Shown: in pieces, positions 25,648 through 37,201 of the stretch
Layout: every line of letters begins with the position of its first letter
Position numbering within the stretch: position 1 is the stretch's first letter
Source of the DNA: Penicillus capitatus
Lineage: Eukaryota; Plantae; Chlorophyta
Assembly: GCA_965649825.1 (NCBI GenBank)
Contig: OZ287697.1
Location: 1 to 64,000 of the forward strand
Length of the DNA stretch: 64,000 nt
Reading direction: 5' to 3'
Translations under genes and position numbers: made by a program
The notes under the pieces: model-generated
The model's database searches: none
The model's input: the letters and a program-made list of their open reading frames with translations, nothing else
What the model was told of the DNA's origin: nothing

Positions 25648-27270
25648 TGCAAATTCTGAAGCGTTTGATTTCTGTTTCAAGGTAAGGTTTTGTGAATCGT
25701 GGGAGCATGTGGGTAATCTCTGCACGTTCGCACTGTGGCATCCTTGTTTTCTGAACGATCTTACATACAAACAATGTATCGTACAGTCGTCGGTCGGTCG
25801 TCGTGTTCCGATAAAATCCTTTTCGAGTGGTCCAGTGCGCATTCGCTGAGTCGATTCGGAAACCTGTCTGATATTCTTCAGCAAATTTGAAACCGGCATC
25901 TTGACTCATGCAACTCAGGCAAATGTCGACATATGCTTCTTTGAGCAATATTCTTTTCTATATGTAGCAAGAGAGTCTCTCTACAAGCTTCCCCGTCGCT
26001 TCTGCTTGAGAACTTGTGCATCTTTGGATGTTGTACAGCGTATGCGCACAAAACGCAGGTGAAGGAGTGGTTCGTGTTGAAGACGACTCCACGACGCAGA
26101 TTTCTGTCAAGGTGCACTTTGTCAAGACGAAGCACCTTGTTGGGTGCTCAGAACCGTGTTTCTCAAAAGCACGGACTCTTCCGACTGCCTTTTCGATAAG
26201 GGTCATTCTCAGGTGGATTGCGCATCCATGATCTTGTCCATGGCGCCATACTCAAGCGACGAAACTGATTTACTGCTGATCGCGACGCGAACGACAGCAC
26301 TAGTAACTGAATGTCGACGCAGCTCCGTGTATGGACGGAAGCACTGCTGTGCTTCCAGCTTATCGACGTTAGAAACCAGCGAGCGGTGCACGAATTGAAT
26401 CTCCACGAATTGGAGAGTTCAGATGCGATGACAGCTGTACATATCATTCATCCCGGCTTAGCATTCGCTGCGTCAGATCGTGGAGCGATTTACGCTCTGC
26501 ATTTTGCGTCTACGGACAATGCGGTTGGATCACAAACTCGAAGATCATCCCATGGAATGCGTTGCGTCAGAGAAATCTCACCTTGCGGTACCGGAATCAC
26601 CGCTCTTGGCTCACACAGGTGCGACACAAACATCTCGGGCCGACGCGACCTCACAGAGAACTCCCAGGTCGGACAATGGAGCTCGGCTTGTGAGCGGTGA
26701 TGAGTTTGGAGGAATGCGCTTTTGGTCTCTGGAAAACGGTTTCATCGAATGCTTAGCAAATTACAGTGGCAAAGGGATTTGTTGCACACAAATCATACAG
26801 TGGCGTACATTCATCGCAGTTGGAAAGACGAACGGAGACGTTTCTTTCTTCGACAAGGTAAATGTCATTCCAGACAACGAAACGGAAAATGTACTCCACC
26901 GCGATCCGTTGTCGTGCCGCTCCTCCTCTCTAGATCGCCGTATGAATTGCTGAAGCTGCTGACTCCCTTGTGTCTTTAGAATGGCCGACAGATCTTCACT
27001 TTTATTGCTTGTTCGCGTCCAGTGCAGGGCATGGCTTTCCATTCAACACTCCCGATGATGTCTGTCGTCTCCGTCGATGGCCTGCTGCTCGTCATAAAGC
27101 TTCCTTTGATTGACAATGATAGGTTTTCGACATCTTCACTGCAGAAGGTGTTCGAAGAGGTCCATGAAGATACTCCCCTGACAGGCGTTCGCTTTCTCGA
27201 CGCCGGCTCCGTTTCTATAGTTGTGTCTGGTTATGATTCGAATGAGCTTCTTGTTTACACCGACGTGTAA
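25648..27270 (+). CDS. WD40-repeat protein (5' end uncertain; possible F-box-like N-terminus)
   Basis: WD-like blades: TAVHIIHPGLAFAASDRGAIYAL, RLVSGDEFGGMRFWSL, FIAVGKTNGDVSFFD, IVVSGYDSNELLVY. Confidence 0.55.
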
Positions 27271-27919
27271 GTGTCTGGAAACTTTGTGCCGTGAGCAAAC
27301 ATGTCGAAGCTAAATAGTAAGTGTTGTTTAACCGACTCAAATCGCGAGTGAACCAGAAGTCTGCTGCCGCGTACCAAACGTAAGAAAGCCAGAGAGATCC
27401 ATTCAGTTTTGTAATATCTGGACGATTGACAGCAGCGATGGTGAAATGAAGAAAGGTCTATGATCGATATCAGACGGATCCAAAGAGAACAAAACTTGCA
27501 CGACCCGCGAATCTAGGTAAAGGTCGGCGACATAGAAACAACAAGCCACCAAAGATGTGTATGGACAGCCCTGCGGCGTTGACCTTCGAGAATCCCTGCA
27601 ACACCAGCAAAGGCGACAAGCAAAGATTTCCATCGATGTTGTTGTCAGTGCTCGTGAACCTTGCGAGGAGCATATTGAATCAGTGGACGTCTGAGATTCC
27701 TGTGAGAATACTCTGCTGCCATCTTAGAGCGTGATGTGATGTTATCATTCCGATCTGTCCATTCTGTTTCCATTGGCTGTCACGCACCAACGGTAATGCG
27801 AACGAAGAGATTCTCTGATAACGACTGTCCTCATTGACTCGACGTCATGAGAATTCGAATTCCATTTCGAAGTGTAGGCGACTCACATGATCACGAGTCC
27901 CTGTTCATGAATTTGGAAT

Positions 27920-30580
27920 ATGCCGGTAGTCAAGAATCCGAAGCGAAGAGGATACATCCACAGGACCTCATCGACTTCAGAGTTTGCTTCACACGTTGTC
28001 ACACGGTCACCTCTGGAAACGAAGGAGTTCGGAAATCGAATTGCAAACGCTCCATCCAGAGAAGAGCCTCGCTTCTGTTATCGTACGATTTTCTATTCGT
28101 ATTGTGTGCGATCTGTGAACGGTGACTGTTTGTCGCAGAATGAAGTGTTAGAGGAAGAAGAACATCTCCAGCTGCTTAAAAAGACACCACCGTTTCGAAT
28201 TGATCCCGAAGGGACATTCAAGGCAAAGTGGGATGTCTTCATGCTTTTCTTAGTCTACTACGTCAGTCTGGTCACTCCACTGAATCTGGCATTCTTTTCC
28301 AACGAGTCGACGCATCGAGACTCCCTCATCGAATACCAGGTAGCCACGTTCTGTCTTTCTTCTCTTCTCAGCTCTGAAGGAAATGATGACACATGTCATG
28401 TAGCACGAATTCTCTCAAAGATGTCAGAGCAATGATGAGGCCCACGGTGCCATCACGAGTTTTGCAGAGATCGAGTACATACCTGATTCAAAGCTCGCCT
28501 CCTGAAATGGATGCTTACACAGATTTATCATCTTCCTCCAACAACCACCCACGGCCTACAGAGTGCTTGATATTGCTGTGGACGTTCTCTTCTGGATTGA
28601 TTTGATCCTGACATTTTTCGTCGGGTTCAAGCCGAATCGGAGCCTCGATACCGAATACGATCTGAAGAAGATCGCCAATCGATACCTTCGGCGCTGGTTC
28701 CTCCTGGATTTTATTGCCGTCCTGCCCATCGATCGCATTGTCGATGCCACTGTATCAAGTCTGAACTGAGCCATTGGAGAATCATGCAATTCCTTCCTTG
28801 TGTTATGTCTGGACAGAAGGAAGCGTTCAAGTGCAGGTTGTCAAATTGACGCGTCTTCTCAGACTCTCTCGCCTGTTGAAGAGATTCGGGGAACTCATGG
28901 CGTCAAAATCATTAAGAATTGTTTATTTGCTTATCCTGTACACCACGATCGCACATTGGATCGGATGTGCCTTTTTCTTCTCGGTAAGAAATGCGTGTCT
29001 CGTCTTTCTCAGATGACAGACGAGGCATTCCTGCTCAGGGCAGATGGCAGGTGGAGAATCTTCAGAATGGAGGGGCCAATGCTTTTACAGGCAATCCATG
29101 GCTGATGGATCAGTGCCTGCAATTCGCCAACTTCCGCACGCAGTACTGCATGTCTCTTTACTGGGCTTTTACGACAATGACCACGGTGGGGTATGGAGAT
29201 GTTTTGCCGACAACAAACATTGACAGGTGAGGCTTTCTTCAATCTCTGTTGAGACCTTTGTTCCGTCCGTCTTGAATACGTTTCGTGCGCTTTCCTATTC
29301 TGAACGAGTTTGTGGATGCAGAAACATCGCCTGTATTGTCATGATCGTGGGAGGCATCATTCAAGCGATCATTTTTGGAAATGTTGCCATTCTTATACAA
29401 ACGATGGGAGAAGCCAGGAAAAGACTGGAGAACAAGCTCGACGTCGTACAAGAATTCCTCACCTTCCACGGACTTCCAGAAAATCTCACGCAAAAAGCCA
29501 TGGATGCCATCGAGTATTCCTGGAACTATTCTCAGGTATGCAAAAAGAAAGAGATCGATAGATCTCCCATTGCCAATGACGCATTTGAAGGGAATGGACG
29601 ATCGTTCCATTTTGGCGGACTTCCCAAAGGCCTTGCAAACAGATCTCATGATCCAGACGCAATCTCACATTGCACCCGTTTTCAAAGAATTGAGTGAGGG
29701 ATTTCGACGCGCCATCATATCGCACTTTCATCTGAAGATATTCGTTCCAGACGAGTGCATTATTCATGTCATTCTCCGACTTGCATGCAGGACTCTTCGT
29801 TCTGATGGGACATTTGTTCAGGCGGGAGACACTGGTGCAGAAATGTATATCATCAGAGATGGCGAATGTGTTGTCCTCTCGCCCAATGAGAGAACGACAC
29901 TGGCTCTACTGAGATCTGGGAGCTTCTTTGGTGATATCGATTTGATTCTGCGGTCACGAAGAACGGCAACTGTCAAGACACGAACATACTGTACGATGTT
30001 TGTTCTCAAGAGGTCGATCAGCTCATGCTTCACTCACAAAGACATACACAAGAAACAAACTGTCACCTCATACAGGGAGGATCTTGAGAATATCTTGGAA
30101 GAATTCCCAGGACACAAGACAACGCTCATTGAGAGCACAAAGAGAAGAAGAGACATGCAACAACAGAAGAATGCTTCATTCACTGAGTTCTTGAAGTGCT
30201 TGTATCTTCCTCTAAAATTCTGGTTGGACTGGTTGCAGATGCCGGAGACAGCAAGCATCCACAAACAACGACGAATCAGAATTGCTTATCTGTGCATCTC
30301 AGCGCCATCCATCCTCATCTTCTCACCTTCCCTCAGTACTCTTTGGCCAACTGCTAGTCGGCGTACTCAGTCTTCTGGTATCGTGCAGGAAACAGAAAGG
30401 CACGAGCCTATGCTTGACAATGCAGATCGACTCAATGAGCTGTCCGCCAAAACGATGGAACAGCCACCGAATGTGGCTCCTTTCCATCATCTGGAACCAC
30501 TTGCACACACTCTAAGTCACCCAGTCTTCAGTCCGGCACAAGATTTCTGCTCGTCAGACAGTTTCGATAGTGCCGATTAA
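27920..30580 (+). CDS. Voltage-gated K+ channel with cyclic-nucleotide-binding domain (KCNH/Shaker-CNBD type)
   Basis: S1 KWDVFMLFLVYY; S3 YLRRWFLLDFIAVLP; S4 KLTRLLRLSRL; pore SLYWAFTTMTTVGYGD; CNBD AGDTGAEMYIIRDG…GSFFGDIDLILRSRRTATVK. C-terminal exon boundaries are uncertain. Confidence 0.92.
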
Positions 30581-30953
30581 TAAACCGCCCGCTGTATACT
30601 CACGCAAATGAGGCCTCACGTGTGGAATATCAGATGCGAGCAGTCTAGACACATCAGTGCCGATGATAGAAGGCGTCATTGAAACCATTGGATTCCGCGT
30701 GGATGATGACAGTGTTGTTGTTGCACCTGATGGGGGATACCATCTCCAGTTGTCATGTCACTCGCAATGTAAACGAGTCAGAGTCATTGCACGTGTGGGT
30801 CGCCATGAAATCTCAATACTTACAAAGGGGGTGTTCTGGACGACAGTAGATGGGTTTTGATTTTCATACTTTTTGTTCACAACACCTCTTTTTTCGATCA
30901 AGGAATGGATCAACGTTTCAGATGGACTTGTCTGAGTAAGGTGTCCGCAGAAC

Positions 30954-32138
30954 TCATTCTTTTTCCCAATCCACATCGTCCATCACTCTATAAATTGTCG
31001 CCCATGGATACTCCCTCCTCATCAGCCAGGCCACGACGCGTCGTCTAAGTTTCAGTATGTTCATCGTCAACCATCTACTGCAGTATATTGTACTTCTTTG
31101 CCACAACATCGATCCTGTGCATGCTCTTTAGTTTTGCTTTCACTGTGGATATCAGATCCTCATAATGCGCTGCAGATCAACAGATATTATAGGAAAGTGT
31201 TGTCAATGATCATCCTTACCTTCTTCTCTCTCGACCCCACCCAACAATGACGATTTAAGTGCTTCGTCAACCGTATCATCACTCATCCCATGCGTTCCTT
31301 TCAGCTCCTACAGTAATCTCTGAGTCGCAGGAACCTCGGCCATCCATTCCCACCCTTCGGATCTTATTCATTGACCATTTGTACTTGTTCAACTTTGTAT
31401 ACGCAAAGGAAGTGGCGTACTCCACATCGTCGATGAGTTTCTACAGTGAGAGATGGCATTCAGATAATAGTGCCGCGTTGCGGAGACTGGACCAAGTTGC
31501 TCATGAGTTGCACGGCCTTATCGATTGCTCCATCGTCCGTCACACCTCGTTCTCTCAGTTTTGTCCTCAGCTGTTTCTCCGAAGCTATCCTCTTGTTTAA
31601 CCATCCAATGGCAATATTCTTTGCTTTTCCAAACTGCTCGTTCTCCCAATTCTGTCTGAATACCATGCAAGAAGGAATCTCAATATCGCACATCAATGTT
31701 GCACTTTTCCGTCGCTTCATCGGATAAGGAAAGCGTTTGCGATTCATCTAGCGAATCATCCGTCGACTGTCCCGATGCTCGAACGCCCATTCGGAGGACA
31801 TTCGTCGACGCCCTTCCCATCCTTTGTATGGATGACCAACTCTGCGATCCCAAGCGGCGCATTTTCCACCGAGGTGCCGAGCAGATCGTTCCTTGGCGAA
31901 GGAGTGCGTACGACAGCATTCAGAATTGCATGATCTGCGCCACTCGGTTCATTAAACGGCGAGATCGTTGCAATGGAAGCCAAGCTCTTCCTCAGGAGAC
32001 GAGAACGTCTTCACCTGAGACTTCCGACAAACCGAAGCTCGATAGGTCTATCCGCTGTACGAGAAAGAGTTCAGCATCGAGTCCGAGAGATGTGCTGCGC
32101 CGTGTGGAAGTGGTTGAAGACGAGGTCACTCTCGCCAT
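30954..32138 (-). CDS. recX: Organelle-targeted RecX regulatory protein (start approximate)
   Basis: AKNIAIGWLNKRIASEKQLRTKLRERGV…LIDDVEYATSF…KIRR…RVVAWLMRREYPWATIYRV matches the RecX three-helix repeat pattern. The N-terminus is Ser/Thr/Arg-rich. Confidence 0.8.
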
Positions 32139-32165
32139 GTCTCTAGATCTTTGGTCCCTTCAGTG

Positions 32166-32746
32166 ATGCCGTCGTGCCTGCAGAGATCCTCAATTGGATT
32201 TTTGGTTCACGCCACATAGTCCCAAGAATTCGACAGGGGAAAGAGAACTGACGCGGATCTTTATCGCTGGTCGTTTTGCGGCATTGATCCCTGGTAACAG
32301 TGCGGCAGAGTATGTCATCGCCAATGGATTCCTGAACTTTCTGTAATCCTCCTGCGAATGCCCCGGTCTTCTGAATGATCATCATTTGCAGGAATCTCTA
32401 TAACTATGCCTTAATTGGACGCGTGCTTCTGACCTGGTTTCCCTCAAGGCCACCAGCTCTGGAACGCCCACTCAGGTCTGTCATGGAGTTCTCCCACTCT
32501 CCATCCGAATCGTGTTGTTGTAGTACCATCTGTGACCCTTACTTGAATCTATTTCGAGGTATCATTCCTCCACTCGGAGGACTTGATTTCTCTCCCATTC
32601 TAGCCTTTGTGGTACTCAACGTAAGATTTTATTCTCTACGGATAAATTCAGAAACTGTGTATGATGCTCTTCAGGTCTTCACAAATGCAGCAGCAGCCTT
32701 ACCAGCTGAACTACCCAAAAGAAAACCGTCAGATTCTGAGAGCTGA
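32166..32746 (+). CDS. YLMG2: YGGT/YlmG-family plastid protein (start approximate)
   Basis: FAALIPGNSAAEYVIANGFLNFLNLYN…RVLLTWFP…STICDPYLNLFRGIIPPLGGLDFSPILAF. Confidence 0.9.
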
Positions 32747-32994
32747 TGAAGCAGACCCATGTTGCAAACATTCGATGGAGAACTCGTTCTCCATTTTTTT
32801 GAATATCGGTTGAAACCACCCACCCTTGTGTTTTACTCTGGACGTCAGGTTTCTTCTGATCTTCCTGAAAAGCAAAGGATGCTTGAATGCGTTTACTTCA
32901 GACGTCCACTGGACTCAGAGTGAGATCCACGATGAACAGAACTAATGAAAATACAGCAATCGAATTCAAAATAGTGCACTCAAATGTCAGACAT

Positions 32995-34121
32995 CTACGG
33001 GCGGCTGCGAGGGGCAATCAACTCAAACGGGGCAATAGATGCCTCAAATGCCTCATCCGTATCGTGATGCACCATCTATAGATAAGAAGTTGTCGATACA
33101 GAGGAATGTTCCATGCAACACCCCGTTACGCACTTTGAAGCTTCCCTTCATGGTGGCACGTGGATGTGTGGTAGAACATCCACTCGTGTATTGGAACTCG
33201 GATCCATCAGCTGACTTGTTCCGGACAAATGTCGGATAGAGACCTGGATGAAACTCAGATCAAAAGACACGGGATGGTGACCGCACCAACGACTCCAGGA
33301 GCTCCCTTTGGAACGATCTCTGCCCATTCTCCATCTCCCTCCTGTGTCACGCCATTGTCAGACCTAAAATCAGAAATGATGAAACCTGTGATGGTCACCT
33401 TGAGCATCCAGTGTCGGCTCTCCAGTTGAATGGTCGATGTCCTGGATCAACAGATTGTTTATTCTCGCTTTTGACAGAACGAGGAGAGAACACACCCAAA
33501 GTAACGCATACGTATTCTGTAAGAAAACACATAAGCCGTATGTCCCTCTTCGGTTTGTGCCTCCTGGCAGAGAACGGCGAGTCAGCCGTAACTTCCTCTT
33601 TTCGATGCATTTGCACCTACCTCTCTAAATCCTGATGTGACGTCCACCTGCAATCCATTTGTGACACAGACACTCGAACAGTGATGCAGGCGCATCTGCT
33701 CCAAGCCCACTCTAAGTGCAAGGACTGCCTGAACAGAGGTCACATCTCATTCAGCAAAACAGACACCGTCGTCCATTCGCACCTGTGTTGAAGATGTCTC
33801 AGTTCTTGGCTGCGAGAAGTGATGGAACAGCAATCTCCTTAAATCCTGCGCTGTCAGTGACATTGCCTCTCTCTTCTCCTGCATGAACGGCAGCAATTGT
33901 CCCAACGAGACCTCTGCATATTCATGCACACGCATTCATTGTTTGCATGTGGACGACCCATCGTCGCTGATCTTACGCGAATCACAGTGCCTCTGCCAGG
34001 ATCCCCGTCCCCATGTATGATCTAAAGGGCGCCGTAACACAAGAGCATTTCCGCCTGTCGTCAGGCGCCTCTGCAGACGCAGTAACGATCGGAACACAGA
34101 TAATGCGAGTCGTTCGGCCAT
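32995..34121 (-). CDS. ApaG (DUF525) domain protein with LYR-like N-terminus
   Basis: VTNGLQVDVTS…YVFSYRIRM…IQLESRHWML…GVVGLYP…FQYTSGC…MKGSFKM…FEASIAPFEL. The N-terminus is ALSVFRSLLRLQRRL. Confidence 0.85.
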
Positions 34122-34161
34122 AATGATGATATCGCCGACACAGAACTTTCACGCCTGAGAC

Positions 34162-36747
34162 ATGGCGACGCGCAAGGCAAGAAAACCATCCATCGAGTGT
34201 CGGCAGTCGTGCATCTCATGTTCGCGTTCAGGGGGCGCTGCTGAAGGAAAGGTTAGGGATGGAGAAGTACTACACTGCCGACGGTCGAAAGAAATATACC
34301 ATCAAGCCATTCGAAGAAGAGCTTTCTTTCGACAAGGTCAGTGGCGGCTGCCTCGTTGTCTTGTTATTCGTGTCTCAAGGGCTTTTTCGTGTTCATCCGC
34401 GCTATTCAACTGCTAACGAGTCACAATGAAGGAACAATCATCATTGGGTTGGCAGGGCCTTCCGGATCTGGTGCAATTCTGTGGCATTCGCCATGAAACT
34501 GGGGGAAAGGCAACATTCTGTGATCTCTTTAGGAAAGACAGCCTTCTCTGAAAAAGTCCGATCCTTCATGCCAGGTGATGGACCGATCGATGCACGCTAT
34601 CCCTGTTCGACAGTTTCTTGATCTGTTCGACAGGCGTCTGCGTGATTTCGATGGACAACTACAATGATGGTGGAGGATTCCTATCCGAGAGAATGTTCTT
34701 TTCAGAATCTGTGTCATAATGCCAGGATCGAAAGTGATTGACTCGAACTTCGACGATCCGAGATTGACCGATTATGACCTATTGCTCAAAAACATCAAAG
34801 ATCTGCAAGATGGGAAAAACATCCAGGTGAGCAGATATGCCTTTTCGGCTCAATCAAATTCCGTCCTCTGAAATGCCTGTATGTGATTATGATAGATGCC
34901 AATCTATGATTATAAGAAGAGTCAGAGAGTGGGTTACAGAGAGGTTGCTGTTCCAGCATCGAGAGTGGTCATCATTGAAGGCATCTACGCCTTGGCTGAA
35001 AGACTGAGGGGATTTCTAGATTTAAGAGTTTCCATAACAGGTATCCGCTGGAAACAAAAGACAAGAAATCGACCAGCAAACCAACAGGTGGCATTCATTT
35101 TGATTTGGTCAAGAGAGTTCTGAGAGATCTGAACCGTTCTGGACTGCAAGCAGACGAAATCATTCAGCAGGTACAGCAGATACCCCTGGGGAAGATGCGA
35201 TCAGGCGAGGGATGTTTCCCAGGTGTCTGACACTGTCTACCCTATGTACAAGGCATTCATTGAGCCAGATCTGAGGACGGCTCAGCTGAAAGTCTACAAT
35301 AACTTCAATCCCTTCTCTGGATTCATCTGTAATCCCATCTACATTCTGAAGTCAAAGAAAGAACTGCCGATCAGCGAGATTCTCTCTGTCCTTGATGAGG
35401 TGTGCCGGATCCATATCGACAGACATATCATCAGCTGGAGATACGGTGTCTGTAGGATCGAGTGGATGTTACTGAGACAGAATTGGTGGATATCTACTTG
35501 CTCCCTCCTAATGAAGACCCAGAACAATGCACGAGCTGGTTAAGAATGCGCAGTAGAGACGGTCGTTATTCTCTGATGTTTGAAGAATGGGTTACTGAAG
35601 TTCCATTTGTCATTTCGCCTCGAATTTCATTTGAAGTTAGCTCAAGGATTCTGGGAGGACTGATGGCTTTGGGATATGAGATCGGTCCTATCCTCAAGCG
35701 TAAGACAATCGTTCATGCCGACGGTGTTTTGTCCATCAAACAGGATACCATTGAGAAACTAGGTGCAATGCATTCCATCACACATTTGATGGGGCTGATG
35801 CAAAAGACGCCGGTGTCTGTGGCCAGGCAAATTCATTCAGATTCATGGAAATGATCGTTCGAAGGTGCATGCAGCTGGTCAACAGCTTGGATTGGAAGGT
35901 AGCTACATTCCGAGAAGTTTCATTGAACAGGTGATGCGATACCCACGTTCTATTGCTGTGCCATGAGATCCGGATGTGAGCTGCACGATCTCTGTCTGTT
36001 CTTGACTAGGTGCAACTGGAGGACTTGGTTGCAGCATTGAAGGCTGCAGACGTGACAGAACACCTGGGCATTGAACGTTCTGCGCTTCCCCGTCAGGTGC
36101 CTTTGGGGGCCAACATCCAGAATGTTGATCATTTGAGCAGTGGGGGGAAACAACATTCAGGTATAACATGCGTGAGATCTGTCTGTCATGCATGACATCG
36201 CGCATCTCTGTGGTATGGTGCAGTGCCGAATATTACTGCACAGCATGGTCGTCTTGTCAGAGGAGGATCTGCCATCTTTCCTTCAAGTGAAAACACCGTC
36301 TCCCAATACCGACAGAAACATGCGATCACGTCTCGTCCTGAAGGTACAGGTGCATACAGTGACGATGGCTACGGAAACAGAGGAGCAATGCAGCAGTCAG
36401 AATTCTATCTGACGAATACGTCATGTCATGCAGACAATGTTCACTTTCCATATCAAATGACTGCTGCAAGCAATGTTGTCTGGCTTTAGGAGGATTTGGT
36501 GGGATCCGTCGAATCGTATTCGCAGTCTCCGCCACATCAACACCAGATATCTAAGATGAATAATACGCATGCAGCACAGCTGGATCAACGTACTGTTGAG
36601 CTGACCAAGGCAGTGAAGCTGCTGGCCGATAGCCTCGACAGCAATAGATACATGAGTTTTCGAGAGCTCCAGCTGATGTTGTTCGCAGCCGGTTGCATTC
36701 TCTTTGGTGCAGGGGCTGTCGTTGGTTACCACTTTGGACACAAATAA
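34162..36747 (+). CDS. TTM: Triphosphate tunnel metalloenzyme (uridine-kinase-like + CYTH domains, C-terminal membrane anchor), TTM1/TTM2 homolog
   Basis: IGLAGPSGSGKT, NFDDPRLTDYD, IIEGIYAL, VYPMYKAFIEPDL, WLRMRSRDGRYSLMFEEWVT and a C-terminal TM segment. The first intron is GC-AG (34177-34231). Confidence 0.93.
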
Positions 36748-37201
36748 CACAAGAGAATCCTGTTTTGCAGTGCCCTTGTTTCTTACAAGTGACAACTGAC
36801 AGGTTTCCTCCATACGCCACGAATGAGTTACAGTCAGAATCTTCTCAGAAGAGGTTGAATGTGTCGCCGTGTCAAAAAATTAGATCAAAACTGAGAGACA
36901 TGTTCTTACGAACATGACAAAAGTAAGGATAGGGATATCCACCCACACTCGCGAATTACGGTAGTTAGTGCATGGACAAGGTGAGAGCTCAGAAAGCAGT
37001 TGACGGCAGAGAGCACCGAGAACGAGAATGGCTCGCCTATACAGAGTCTCAGGTGAGACGGAAACCAGCACAGCACAGAGACGTTAGTAGTATTCTTCAA
37101 TCCCCCTTGAACAAACAGCAAGCAATAAAATGGTGTTATAGTACATCCAAAATAGAAGTCAGGGATTGATTGTATTCTCTCATGTCATCGGGGGAGGACA
37201 G

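Noticed and set aside
27290-27673. Possible small minus-strand gene between the WD40 gene and the K+ channel
   Set aside because: Several frames are equally plausible and none has a recognisable motif, so it is not supportable.
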